Shown here: in pieces, positions 13,366-28,273 of the stretch
Numbering within the stretch: the stretch's first letter is position 1
Layout: each line of letters begins with the position of its first letter
Source of the DNA: Octopus vulgaris
Lineage: Eukaryota
DNA: 64,000 nt
Assembly (NCBI GenBank): GCA_951406725.2
Contig: OX597823.1
Span: 69,316,001-69,380,000 of the forward strand
Reading direction: 5' to 3'
Made by a program: the position numbers and the translations under genes
Notes under the pieces: generated by a model
Databases searched by the model: none
Seen by the model: only the letters and a program-made list of their open reading frames with translations
Told to the model about the DNA's origin: nothing

Positions 13366-14988
13366 GAATCAATGTAACATTATTATGCTATTTATCTATG
13401 AGAGAAATGTAGAAAGACGAGGTTCTTACTAAAGAAAGAGGCGATTATCTGCCCTTCATTATCGGGACTGTGAAAAGGAAGTGACTGAATAATAACGCCT
13501 CTGTGTAAATAGACTATGCAATGCAGTAGAAGAGATCACTGCAGTAAACAGCAGGAACATCTGCAAAAATATTAATGAATTTTTATATTCGTATAAATCT
13601 CCTCTCTTGCAGCAGAAAATATAAATAAGATGAAGTGTGTGGCTGTATAGTTAAGAAGTTTCCTTTGAAACCATGTAGGTCCCAGCTCGACTTCTTTACG
13701 TAGTACGTTGGGCAGATGTCTTCGGTTTGATCAACAATTTCGTAGACGAAAATTTTATATATTAGCAACAGAAGTTGTAGTAATGCCGAGAGGTAATATT
13801 TTATTCCCACTTAGACGTGGATGTTCTGTTTGAACAAACTTTACTGCGGTAGATACCATGAGAGAATCTGTCTTGTAGGCTTTTGGTGAAGAATGCAGAC
13901 AACAAGTGTACATTCTGCACCAAAAGAATGAGTTAATTTTCTCCCATCTGTAAAACCAACTTTACCGTTTACTTTTACATGCGAGAATCTTCTGCTGATG
14001 TATATTAACGAACCATGTAAACATTGTCAAGTAAAACGAATAAACGGACATTTTCTAATGAATTCATTTACGAAATTTTTCAACACTGAAGTTGGTTTTC
14101 CCTCGCCAGAAACATAAAACTTGGAATTGTTTCGTTGTAAACTTGTAAACAAACGTGTTATTGTTCCCAGTTATGCTATAAAATAATATTTACATAAGAA
14201 GAAAACATCTCTATAAACCATGTGCTCATTTTATCGGCACAGAAGTGTGGAAGTCAGATTCGACATCCCATGCGTGCATTAAACTTAAAAAAGATAAAAC
14301 TAAATAATGATTCCTTTTTTTTTTCTTGCTGTAGCCCAAGTCTACAAGTTTATTAGAGTGGGCGAAATCTACGTGAGTGTGTGTTAGGAGGTGGTATACT
14401 GAAATTTCTTCCTCCGTATGTTTCACCGATACTCATTTCATTAAATGATAGGAATGACAAGGCAAAGTTAATATTACTGCGATTTGAACAGAGAACATCA
14501 CTAAATCCGTGGTGAAGTTTCTAAGGTAAGTTTTTGTCAAGTTACAGGACTGGTATCATTGACTATCTCCACTACAAAAGTTTCTGGTACTGTGCTTATG
14601 TTAGAAAATCATTTATCAACCACAGAAATATGAACAAAGCTTGTCTTGACGGAAGTAAAAATTAGAATGTAAGGAAGCGTAAATACTGAATGACAAATTG
14701 TCTACCACTCCGCAATGCTGTCAAATACACTGCTATAATATAGCATTTCATTTTCTGCTCTACTCTGTCATTCCACTACATTTTTAAAAACAGCTTTTTT
14801 TCGTTAGCTACAGTGCTAATGTCAAGCTTTCCTATTGACAGGAAAGCTCGACGAAAGAATGTAAGAATGTGCTCATTTCTAAGGTCACTGCTAGTTTAAT
14901 TACAATCACATTCGCTGACGCACGCCATTTAAAATATATTAATCATATTAAACGAACCTTTCGTTATGTCTATCGTCAAGATATGTAA

Positions 14989-15033
<45 letters not shown>

Positions 15034-17230
15034 ATTCACATACATATTAGCAATAATTATAACGTTATAAAACATGGATACTTGTTCATCCTCAAAATTA
15101 TTTCCTCATATTTTACAATTTTATACAGCATATTTTTATGGCCTTCATGATCTACACGTGTTTCCACTGCACATATTACGGGCAGTTGCAGATGCAACCG
15201 CGCGATTTTCGGTGCAGCTTCTTCAGAGTCTATCCGTTTGGTTAGTTTCGAAGCGAACTGAATGGAGCTAGTAGTTATTTAGACAAAGAAGAATAATTTG
15301 TGCTTTTGAAGAAAAACTTTTAATATGACATTAAAAAGTCAAGAATTGAAACTGTAAATGCCTAGGTTAAAGGCATTCTAGTAGTTTCAGTTTTGTTAAT
15401 TTTTCTCTACATCTGTTCAAATACCACTAGAACCGACAATAGTATTCAGCTCCCACAGGCAAACGCTGCCATTTTATTTGGCTGGGTCGAATCTATCCAT
15501 TAAATCTATATCCCCATAAATGTATGACATGTGTTTAGATCAAGAGCCAACTTTGACTTTTATCACTCCCAATAAAATAACTTATCGGTTGTGTACTGTT
15601 ATTGATTAAACTGACACAACTCTTCCCAAAATTATGCTGTCTTGTGCCACAGTTAGAAATTCTAATGTTGTCATAGAAATGCCGGCGATGAGAGTCATTT
15701 GTCACTATGTTCCACTTTTAGTTACTTACACATAATTTAAAATCTGGAGGTTGTCTCCCTGCACAGGTTTAATCATTAGAATAATGATTATTTCTTCTCA
15801 CTACATTATTTTTGCATGTATTTTATTAGCGCGTCACTTAGAGACGTCGAATGCACTTGCACCGCATTCAGAGAAATAAAAAGTATCCATGCTTTTACAT
15901 TCATTTACAGCCTCATATTTTGGCTGTGAATTTCATTCTTTCGTTTCCACTCTCTCTCCCCTCTCTCTTTCTCTCTTTCTCTCCCTCTCTCTCTCTCTCT
16001 TTCTTTCCAATAACCACTAACTTAAAGACATTGATTTTATGTATACTAATCTTATCAGGTACCATAATTATACTATAAAGTACTATTTTTTAGGACGGAA
16101 ATGAATTCTCTTTTTCTTCTACGCTGGTGAAATACGGAAAGATGACTAAGATTTATGTAAAGCTAGCATAATTTAATATTCCATAGCATTAATATACTGC
16201 TGGTTATTGCAAAAGCTGCAATGCTTCGCTTCGATAAGATTCCGGAATTTTACAAACGCAAAGCTCTCCTTTCTCACAATCTCCTAATTCATTAAATATT
16301 TACTGCTTCTCGATTTATGGGATGTAGAACCAAAAATTTCCGCTTCTTTGTCTGTCTCTCTCTCCTCTTCTCTCGTATTTCTTAGTTATATCTGATAAAT
16401 ATTTCTTCTTTTAATGGTGTGATTGGGTTTGTTGTACAACTATAGATTGTCATTAGAAATCTAAGAGTAGAATTTCTTATCCTACATATATACAATCAAT
16501 CATTTCACACAATCAATTTCTTATCAGAATTACTCTGTAAGGTTTCAATTTCAGATTTAAAGATCATAAAATTGAAGATGATAGTTCTTTATATATATAT
16601 ATTATTCTTTTTTAATGTATTAACTTATATTTTACTGAGAAGAACATTATCTATAGATTTTTCTTGTTATGAGAATTTATAGGTGAGGTTTGAAGTCTAA
16701 ACTTTTAATAAACTTAGAATAAAGAATATAGTTTATGTTGGCCTTATCTTCAGCTATCAGCACGGTACAAAGTTCATTTATAAAATTTTCCCCAAACAGA
16801 ATAAAACTTGATAAATACTACAAGAATAATAAAGTTTTCCTCCTCTAATCAACTCACTTGTTTATCTCGACTAAAACAATATGCAGGCGTCTTTTTTTAT
16901 TTTTATATAGTATAAGTTACAACTCAGTCCAGTGTTGCTTCACGGCAAATCTACATCTCTCTAATCATTCTAACATCTAGCAGTTACAGAATTACCATAG
17001 TTACCTGTTGCGGTTCAATAAGATCACAACACGTCCAGAGTTGTCTAACAGATTGCAACTTACCTCTCTTATGTACTTTTAATTAAGATTTCGTAGTTGT
17101 AACACTTGATAATTACTTTTACCAGAATTAGTCATTTTGATAACAATTGTTTTTATTACTAAAGGTGTAATCTAAATTAATTAAAATTTCTAAACTTATT
17201 ACATTAAGTGTTCTAGTTTTACCATTAAGA

Positions 17231-17367
17231 AGATATCTATCTTATCTCAATCTGAAATTTAAAGTTTACCTAGAAATTGTATTGGCTTGCTATATTAAGA
17301 TATCTATCTTATCTCAATTTGAAATTTAAAGTTTACCTAGAAATTGTATTGGCTTGCTATATTAAGA
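17231..17367. repeat. 67-bp tandem duplication, 1 mismatch
   Basis: agatatctatcttatctcaatYtgaaatttaaagtttacctagaaattgtattggcttgctatatta x2. Confidence 0.95.
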
Positions 17368-17734
17368 ACTCTCGCACCTATTTTACAATTCAAACATTTC
17401 GTTTATTTCAAATTTGAAATTTAGCTTGAAATATTTACTGTTGAGGAATAAATTCATCATAAATCTATGACAGAAGGACAAACTATAGTCAATACTCTAA
17501 TAATAATATCTATGGCCCTATTGACTTTATATCGGGCTTGCTACAATCGAAAACACTAAAACAGAAATGTGTGAGAGGAAGCCTAAGAAATACAAAGGGA
17601 TAACGTAGGATACACTGATTCCTATGGTCGTTAGATAGTTTATCTTTTGATTTTAGTGTTCCTTTATTCACGAAATCTACACAGAGTATTATAATTCTTT
17701 CCACAAATGTACATTTTAGCGAAAAGTTATTTTG

Positions 17735-18439
17735 AAAGTACATTTTTGAGTAAAAATGGCAACCGATTCATTAGTGAACTATTGTTCAACTTACGAACAA
17801 TCCCTCGTTCTGCATTCATGCACGTATCTATATCGTGATTAATTATGATTCAACGTCGAATGTTATCACGTTTGAGCGTGATATTATCTCATTGTAAATT
17901 TATGTATTTATTCGTCTGTTATGGTTTTGGACAAAACATAGCGAATGTGTCTGACAACATCATTTGTTGCATGACTGAATTAAACATTCCAAACTGGTCA
18001 ACGAACAAAAATGTAAATGGTGTATTCCCTGCCTGCTTCGCTGATGCTCATCCAGTTGTTCGATCAACAAAAATTATCTACTCGTTAAATTAATAATAAG
18101 TTGAATGGCTTAGTATCCTGCAGCCACTCGTACATTTAACGTGACTCTCAGGCCGAATCAGTGAGAAATATGTGTAAAGCTTTCGACTATGATTTACTTC
18201 CATTCTGTCCCAATTAACACATTTCCATTCACGAGGTTTGGATCAATCTTAAGCAACTATAAAAGACACTTGCTCAATATGAGACGCAAAAGGATCAAAC
18301 ACACAATCTCATGAATTGTGAAGCGAATTCTATAACTACTTCCCCATATCTACGTTCACAAAAATACATAATTGGTCCGACTGATAGATAAATTTTAGTT
18401 CACCAACATGCAAGAGCCACACTTCAATAATGTGCAGTA

Positions 18440-18495
<56 letters not shown>

Positions 18496-18770
18496 CCCCT
18501 CTTTCTCTATCTTCTATCAATTCTACGATTTATGATCCTATGAACAAAAAACTTTTTACGTGCTTCTCCACATATCATCTTTACAAAATATTACTCGAAA
18601 AATCCTGCACGAAGTACATTTTTGAGTAAAAATGGCAATCCGATTCATTAGTGAACTATTGTTCAACTTACGAACAATCCCTCGTTCTGCATAAGTATCT
18701 ATATCGTAGAGAAGGACGTCGGGAATGTTATCACGTTTGCTAGCGGAAGAACTACATTGTAAATTTATGA
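17735..18770. repeat. Dispersed direct repeat (about 17735-17905 and 18611-18770)
   Basis: About 80 bp near-identical (gaagtacatttttgagtaaaaatggcaa...ctcgttctgcat), plus shared gaatgttatcacgtttg and cattgtaaatttatg. Confidence 0.9.
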
Positions 18771-19872
18771 TTTATCAAAATATATACAAACAGGGATTTG
18801 GTCTCAGTTCTTGCTACACAGTAATCCCTGTTGAAAGAACTCAAAGAGAAAATTGCGGTCTTATCACGAGTGACTGTTTAACTCTACAGGATCTGGAAGA
18901 CATATTAATGTAGTTCGAGATACGCATTAAAATAAGACGGAAATGGTCAGGACTAGAATATCTTTGACCCTAGAGCTGTTGTACTAGAGCTGACGTTTGG
19001 TTAAGTAACAATAATATGAATATTGTTTCGTTTCTGCTTCATGTAAATAACTGAGGCCAATGTTACAAGATATAGTCCTTAATTTGAAAATTTAACAATG
19101 ATTCTGTTTTAAATTGGTATCAATTTCAATAATATTCTATTAACACTCTGTTTATTGTATTCATTATAATTACAACCAATTCATTTCGATATCATTTTGT
19201 CGTTATGAAACATAGTGGCTGACCAATATAGTAGCTACGCAGATAGCTGCAGCAATTGACATTAGTAGCTATACGCGGTTACGAGCAATAAATACAGAAA
19301 ACATGCGAACTCGTCATGTTTATTGCCTTTGTTTTCTGTATAACAATTTGTGAACATTAGTATCTTTGGTTACAAATTTGCAACAGTCCAATTACTCGTT
19401 CACTGCATTTCTGACAGCGAATGTGACATAGATCGATTAATTTGATGCAGGGGACTTCCTTTGTAAAACACTGATTTTCGGTTTCACCGATGATGCTTAT
19501 ATCTTATGATGATGTGAAAGAAGGCTACCAATTGCTTCTTGTAAAGAATATATAGATAACTTATAAAGGAGTTTTAACTGTTGTCTCCCTGTAAGAATGC
19601 CGTGCTAATGAAGAAAACAAGATTTCTTCATACGATACCTCCACGATGTGTATATTTATATTTTTCATTTCGAATTCCTGTACAGTCTCATGTGACTTCG
19701 TGTATTCTCATCCAAAATGGAGATGAGTATTAACGTTCCCATGTGACACACTTAAAAATTGTAATGAAATCACTTCTACGTGAAACTGTTGGTAGCCTTG
19801 TTACACCACAAATAAAGAATATTTATCCACTAATACAGTGCTGAACACCCATTTTTGCTGTTTGATATTAGT

Positions 19873-20954
<1,082 letters not shown>

Positions 20955-21949
20955 GACTCAGCTTCCATCCACCAGATTCTCCACTTATAAGGTATTTGTA
21001 AACTTCAGGTTATGGTAAACATATTACCAAAACACCGAGCAGTGGGATAGAATTCAGAACCTTTTGGTTACAAGAAACCTTCTTAACCAAACAGCCTATT
21101 TGCACCCTACTGTATTATGTAAATTTATTTCTGAGCCATCCTCATGTCATGTCTATTCGCTAACAACATATGATTTAATACATTAATGAATTATATTCAT
21201 ATACCTGTAAATCCTGTTTGATCAAAGACGCATTTTTGTTCTTAGCACCCATCTTTATTTTTATTCATCGAATAGAAACACGTTTCTAAATACACCCTTT
21301 TTATTGTCTGATATTGATCTCTGTTCAACTGTAACAGCCATTAAAATCCCATTTCCATACACATTTCATGCTGATTCTCTTTTGTAATTTTGGTTTATTT
21401 CCTTTCAGATTCTTTCAGCTATTATTTCTTACATTCGTAGTCAACAGGCCAAAACTTGTTCCCCCACTCATCCTGCAGACTAAACATGATCTTCCTTTGT
21501 ATTATTATGGTATTTTAATTTCTAGTCAGTGAACATTTAAAAATATAACAAAACATACGCACAAACAATAACAGAAAACAAAGTCTCATTCAGTTTTCTA
21601 AACAATAATTCTTTTGCACAGAAACTTAACTTTTGTTTTTCTCCAGCGATTAACACCGCGTATTCAATGAGTCTTTGTTGAACCTTTGTCATATTATTTT
21701 GTTTTGTTGGCGTTTATTTGTTGGTGATTTTCATTTACTTTAGGTATAGCATTTTGTAGCAGCTACCTGCATGAAATAAACGCCACTAAAATATGTTAAT
21801 ATTTAAGCAAATACATTTCCCAATGGTTTTGTATATACTTATATGTATTTAGTGATAAATGTCGGATTTTTGCTTTGCTATGTCTAATTATATATATATG
21901 AGTTGTTTATATATAATCATACTTATCACAGTAAGTTGTCACAAATATT

Positions 21950-22292
21950 TAGATTCAATCTTAAAATTTCTATGTTCAATTCCTGTCGATGTAGATTCCT
22001 CTCTAGCTGCCAATGTAGGTGATGCTTAGGCTCAGGGCAACCCTGAACAAGAATGATTTTTGCTTTTTCATATCTAATTATATTTATAGACATATGCGTC
22101 GTTTTATAATTAATTATACTTAATTCAGTAATTTGGCAGAAATATTTGAATGCTAAATCAAAAATACATAGCAACAGATTCATTCTTAAAATTTCGATGT
22201 TCAATACCTGCCAAAGTAGAAGCTATCTCCTCCCTGCCTGGTGATGTAGGTGATGCTTCGGCCCAGGACATTCCCGAACAAGAAGAATTATA
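21950..22292 (+). repeat. Diverged duplication of a ~110-bp unit (21950-22057, 22176-22292)
   Basis: agattcaWtcttaaaatttc.atgttcaat.cctg...atgtaggtgatgctt.ggc.cagg...gaacaagaa in both copies. Confidence 0.8.
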
Positions 22293-22328
22293 ACGAATAG
22301 CGTTTTAGTTATAAACATTCCGTCTTTT

Positions 22329-22449
22329 ACAGTTCTATATTTAAGAGATGAGGAATTAAGTACATTATTTACATTTGATGGATATTTGTCCTCATCTTGT
22401 TTGTTGTTAACACAACGTATCGGCTGATATACTCTCCAGCCTTCATCAG
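22329..22449 (-). repeat. Inverted partial pLTR at the 5' end of a Penelope copy, with HHR relic
   Basis: - strand CTGATGA-A-GGCTG-gagagtatat-CAGCC-GATAC-GTT-gtgtt (GAAAC mutated to GATAC). Tail matches 2486-2530 and 52163-52247. Confidence 0.85.
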
Positions 22450-24040
22450 CCTTCATCAGAGAGATGAACTAAGGTGGAAAGTGAGACAGGTACTAAAAAA
22501 AGCGAAACTTCCCAAACTAAACATCACTAAGGAAGAAACGTTCGCTATCAAAAGACTACAGAGGAACAATTCCATCATAATACTTCCGGCAGACAAGGGA
22601 AATGGTGATGAACAAGTCTGACTACTCTGAAAAACTGGCATGTCTTATAAGTGATGGTAGCTACAGCAAAGTAAGGAAAGACCCTACTTTGAAAACAGAA
22701 GAAGTTTTCACAGATCTTGATCAAGAACAAGGATCACTTTACATCTATGAAGTACAGACAACTAGCTCAACACTACAGTAAACTACCACACATGTACGGT
22801 CTTCCTAAGATTCACAAGGATGGTATTCAATTAAGACCAATAGTGAGCTGTAGAGGTTCAACATGTCATCCACTGAGCCGCTTCCTTATGGATTTAATCA
22901 GTCCATTAGCAGGAAAGTCAACATCGTACGTGAAGAATTCCACCCACTTCACATAATTGATCAAGGATACCTCCATTGAATCCAACCAGATAGTGAGTCT
23001 AGATGTGATAAGTCTGTTCACCAAAGTCCAGTCCCAAATGGTGAAGCACATTCCGTGATTCAAGAAAAACTAGTGACAGACACCCATCTGAAACAGAACG
23101 CACTAGTATACCAATAAGAAACTTGATGGAAATGTTGACCTTCTGTGTAGAAACTACTTCAGTATGGATACTGATATATACCGACAAGAAGAGGGTTTAG
23201 CTATTGCTTCGACATTATCACCGATAATAGCCAATATATACATGGAATACTTTGCGAATTTGGCTTTAGGATCAACACCTAAAACCAACCCTATGGCTGC
23301 GATATGTTGATGACACCTTCATACTTTGGCCCCACCAGGAAGATACCCAAGTGCTTTTAGATCAAGTGAACTCAATAAAGCCATCCATACAGTTCACAAT
23401 GGAAAAAAGAAAAAGACAATCAGCTAGCATTCCTGGACGTATTAATAACACGCACCAAGTATGGATTCAGGACATCCGTATACCGCAAGCTGACCTTTAC
23501 TGGACGATACCTCAACTTCAACTCCCACCATCCATACGATGTAAAGAGAGAAATTGTTCAGTGCCTAAAACATCGAGCAATGAATATAAATAGCGATCGT
23601 CGTACCCACCACGAAGAAATGATCAAGCTCAGTAACAATCTATTAAGCAACAACTACCCCAAAAGCATACTCTCCACTCCAGGTATGAAGAAAAGAGGGG
23701 ACGAAAACGATAAACTGTCCACAGTCTCTCTACCGTATGTGAAAGGCCTCTCCGAAAAGATACAAAAGATATGCGGCCCATATGACATCAGGATAGTATT
23801 CAAAAGTAATACAACACCTCGCAGATATCTCCTTCGAGTAAAACCACCTATAGAAGAGAATATGACCAAGAACTGCGTGTACTCCATCCCATGCAGCTGT
23901 GGTAGGTTATAGAAAGGCGAAACATGCCGCCCCCTCAATATAAGTGTAGAGGAACATCGCAAATCTGTTTATGGAAAAATGGAGACCACTTTCCCCTGTG
24001 AAATGAAGTTAAAATAATAGACAGAGAACACCACTATGAA
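22450..24040 (+). mobile_element. Penelope/Poseidon-type retroelement RT + GIY-YIG pseudogene, 5' truncated
   Basis: IIILPADKGN, MYGLPKIHKDGIQLRPIVS, SLDVISLFTKV, LSPIIANIYME, WLRYVDDTF, IQFTME, YLNFNSHHP, LPYVKGLSEKI, CVYSIPCSCG..KGETCRPL..EEH; stops and frameshifts. Confidence 0.95.
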
Positions 24041-24883
24041 ATCATACGATTTGCGGCTGAATCTGTTTTTGAGAGTTTGGCTTCAAGAATTGCATTCCCT
24101 CGCATTCGGTACACTGTGTATGTATTTATTATGGTAGTTTTTACTTTAAGAGTCCCTCATAGCGTGAGGCAGTTATGTGTAGTAATACCCTTAATATAAA
24201 TATTAAAAATATATATATATATATGTATATATATGTATGTATATATATGTATATATATACATATATGTATTTACGTATTTATGTATGTATGCATATATCT
24301 ATCAAAATATATAGTTATTGGAATTCTCAATCCAGGTTAAATACTTCACAAGCTCTCTGTTAATATAAATACACCAGGTTAACAAAATATTTTTCAGATT
24401 GGTATACACCTCCAGCTAATTCTAAGTTAAGATGTAAAGTACCTCCACATGCACTTTAATTATCTCCGAAAGGCTAGAAGGTGAAGTCGACATCCATGAA
24501 ATTTAAACTCGAAGACATGAAATATAGCAAAATGTTGTAAAGCATTCTATTCAACGATGTAATGACTACCAAATGCCATTTTATGAACGTCAAATGTAAT
24601 AAAAATCTAACGTAGACACGTAAAACTTAGTCCATTAAATCATTCCCAGCTTTTAACTGTTTCTTTCTTTTTTCTCAAAGCTGGAATGTAGAAGCAGGAA
24701 GTTGTCCTTAACAACATTTAGACTTTAAACACAAAGAGATAGGACAAATCCCAAGAAAATGTCAAACGCTTTGTCAATCCCTCCAATCTACTTGTCTGGA
24801 CTAATATTTTATGCAACTCCGAAAAGTGGAAAGGTAAAAATTACCTCGACGGGATTTGATCTCAGAACTTGAAATATATATAT

Positions 24884-25114
24884 ATTTCTTTACTACCGAC
24901 AAGGGGCTAAACACAGAGGGGTCAAACAAGGACAGACAAAGGGGTTAAGTCGATTACATCGACCCCAGTGCGTAACTGGTACTTAATTTATCGACCCCGA
25001 AAGGATGAAAGGCAAAGTCGACCTCGGCGGAATTTGAACTCGGAACGTAACGACAGACGAAATACGGCTACGCATTTCGCCCGGCGTGCTAACGATTCTG
25101 CCAGCTCGCCGCCT
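24884..25114 (-). mobile_element. Young intact family A SINE nested in an older family A copy
   Basis: - strand ggcggcgagctggcagaatcgttagcacgccgggcgaaatg...gagttcaaattcc...tttcatcctttcggggtcgataaattaagtaccag...gtagtaaagaaata. Older copy is split at about 24780-24872 and 25135-25182. Confidence 0.92.
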
Positions 25115-26139
25115 TTTTGATATATATATATATCGCAAGACATTTTACGCGACGCTCAGATGACTACTAGTCAAATTCGCCTATTTATGAAAAAGTCAAG
25201 ATAATGACGGCTTAAAATTTTGACACTTTTTTTAAGCAGTGGGGTCAGTCGATTACAGAGTAATGTTAATTTCATTGACCCAGAAAGGGATGAAAGGCAA
25301 AGTCGACCTCGATAGAATATTAAGCTCAGAGCATAATGTTTCGGAATGTGCTCATGGCCTGCAAGCTTGCAACCTGTCGAAGACTGAAGGTAGTAATAGT
25401 ACTAACTTTACATTGTGCACACTTTTCATATCTTCAAACAACTAAACAAGAACATGTACATACACTACACTTCTAATCTTAAATCTGAGCTTTTGCTTGT
25501 TTATCTCTCCTTTGTAAAAATGAATATTTTGATGGGCTTTAAGTAAACTATTCAGTCTCTTCACTAAAATATATGATAAATGTTTTTATTTGTTTATTGA
25601 TTTAATGAAACCTTATCAATATATTTCAACACAAAACCCTGTAACATCCTGAATTGTATATACAAACATAATGTTTCTGGTTATCGCTTTCTTATCTTGA
25701 ATATCTATGCGAGATTTTGTAAGTTATATGTTGCTGTAAAAAGTTAATATCTTATTTAACAAGTTTTTAGGGTATAGCATTTTCAAAAGCTAGATAACTA
25801 AGAATACGAAATAAATAGTACAAAAATATACAGGAACGAAAGATTTCAATGATATTGATATCTTTATTCTAAATATTGCGTTGCATAAAATGTAAATATA
25901 TATTTTAAAAAATACGTCTTTTAAAAATATATTTACAGTTTTCATGTCAGCTTTAGTCGTTGTTTAATTCGTCATAATCAGATAAGATGGACAAGAATGA
26001 TAATACAGTTACCACTGTTCTTGATTTTTGGTATTTGGTTTAGCCTTAACCCATTTCTGATCGAGCAAAGCTATAACGTGCAGTGTTCCTACCATTCAGT
26101 CTCATATATATATGCACACACACACATATATATATATAT

Positions 26140-26319
26140 GTTAAATACAAAATGGGACACAAACGCAAAACATACGGACAGTTAGGTGATACAAAAATGG
26201 GACAACAAAACATCCAGATAAACGATACAAAGAAAACAGGGACGGGTCATTCGAAGTTTTCTTTCCTCAATCAAGCACCAGATTATCTTCGCAATTTCGG
26301 TTGATTATACTTGAGATTG

Positions 26320-26320
<1 letters not shown>
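26140..26320 (-). repeat. Short pLTR-like repeat between two (TA)n tracts
   Basis: Bounded by TA microsatellites, with a T-rich tail on the - strand like the other small elements. No complete HHR. Confidence 0.35.
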
Positions 26321-26353
<33 letters not shown>

Positions 26354-26362
26354 CCTATACAT

Positions 26363-26402
<40 letters not shown>

Positions 26403-26828
26403 TAGGGTAAATCCCAGCTGTTTCTTCTTGAAGCACATTTGCTAATTCAATTATTTAATTTCTCTCTCTGAAGAATTTCTAACATATCTATCTAACAATC
26501 TAACATATATTCCTATTAATAAATGAAACGCGTTTAATGCTGAGTAAATAATATCAAAATTTCAATTTGGCTGTTTTGTTATATGTATATATACAGTAGG
26601 CCCGCGAAGCAACGAAGTAAAATAAAAGTTTAGATTAATTGAAATATGTCTTGTACAAAGGATTGCTTTCGGCAACAGGAGTTAAAATATCAGGTGCAAA
26701 GAGGACGCTTTTAAATGGCCGTTTTTGTTTCATAGTACTGATTCACTAGTCTGTTTGAGTCTGGCAGCTGTCACACGCAGTCTGCAGACAGTTTCAGTTT
26801 CTAATTATTTCCTATAACTTAGGAGCAT

Positions 26829-27673
26829 TTGAAGGACTATCTACCAACTGTGAAGTTTATTGCCCGGGGTGTCGGATATGCAACGATTTGGTTGCTATTT
26901 GAGACTCCGGAGGAGGCTCGTATTTTTGCAAGCCAGCCCCTGGAGGGCAATAAAATTTTGTTTCTTCTCACGTATTGTGGGAGGAAACTGACGCGGGCTT
27001 GGGTTTGCGGGTTGCCACCGAATTTAAAACCAGGCTGGATAGAGGACACTATCTGCCGGGGTTTGGGTGGCAGCGGCACCAAACTCCTTACTGTTAAATT
27101 ATTACCAGTGGCTGACTGGGTCAGTTCAAAAGTTATTTTGACCCTGTGGACCCAATCAGGAAAGGAGTTAGTCTTTCCAGACTTTTTAACTATGACTGGG
27201 TGCAGGTACCCGGTGATTCTTCAGGGTCGCCCCCCAATTGTTACCGGTGTCTGGAACCTGGCCTTATAAAAATGAATTGCCCCCAGGACCAAAGCAAGGT
27301 ACTGGAGCAGTTGGTTGATACCTCTGTAGAAGAGGGAACAGAGGCGGCCGAGGAGGCGGATCTGCAGGTCACGGAGGAAACCCACCTTTCCTCAGTTAAG
27401 AGAAAAAAGAGAAAGGAAAAGAGAAATGGGACATTGCCGGCAGTTGATAACACAATACCGGAATGTCCTGGAACTTCGTCGGTAGGAATTGTGCCACCGA
27501 TGGCTGAAGAGCCATCGTCGGTGGGCATTGTGCTACCGACAGTGGAAGTCACTACCTCGTCCCCTGAAGAAGAATTACTTGTCTTCTTCTACAGGGGCGG
27601 AGAGGTGGAGAAGGTGTTGGAGAAGCATCATGAATGGCCTCCTCAGGTAGCTGTGGAGGTCATAACGTTATAA
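26829..27673 (+). pseudogene. Gag-like ORF1 of an L1/Tx1-type LINE with degenerate zinc knuckle
   Basis: GC-richer island. Two overlapping frames join as ...RYPVILQGRPP/NCYRCLEPGLIKMNCP (CX2CX4[H>L]X4C), then acidic and basic low-complexity tail. Confidence 0.65.
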
Positions 27674-28139
27674 CGTTGCCCGTGTTGCAAAGGCTGAAGA
27701 AGCTCAATGAGGAATTTAGCTTGTGACCGGGCGGCCTCAAGACGTCACCCTATTTGTGCTTGAGTGGGGTGTGGGAAATGGAGGGGGACGAGATCACAAG
27801 CGATACTGAAGAGGACTATGGGTAAGTGGTTGGAAAGCCTCGATATTTTGAACTGATAAGAGGTCTGAAAGCTCATTCTGTTTTGAACCAAGGTACGAGG
27901 CGTAGTGCCTCAATTTGTGTTTTAATGAACAATTATGAACAATTGTAAGAGGTTTATTGCCTCATGTGTGATAAATAAGACAACAATGTTTTCGGGAAAC
28001 AACAATCGGCCGGCGTTGTCTGTTTACTCCATTAATCATCATTTTCACTTATCATCTCATATAACATTATGTCTGTGTCCAGCCCGCAGCGTCTTTCTTT
28101 CTCTATATAACGCCATTATAGCCAATTTAATGAAATAAA

Positions 28140-28273
28140 GAAGTTTGCTTCCCAACCACATGATTCCGGGTTCAGTCCCACTGCGTGGCAACTTGTGCGA
28201 GTGTCTTCTGTCATAGCCTTGGACTGACCAAAGCCTTGTGAATGGACTTGGTTGATGGAAATTGAAAGAAGCC
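28140..28273 (+). mobile_element. Family C SINE 5' half
   Basis: aagaagtttgcttcccaaccacatg...ggttcagtccc...gaccaaagccttgtgaatgga...gaaagaagcc. Confidence 0.85.

Noticed and set aside
13460-13561. - strand acceptor followed by MFLLFTAVISS...
   Set aside because: All frames stop within about 35 codons and no donor is evident.
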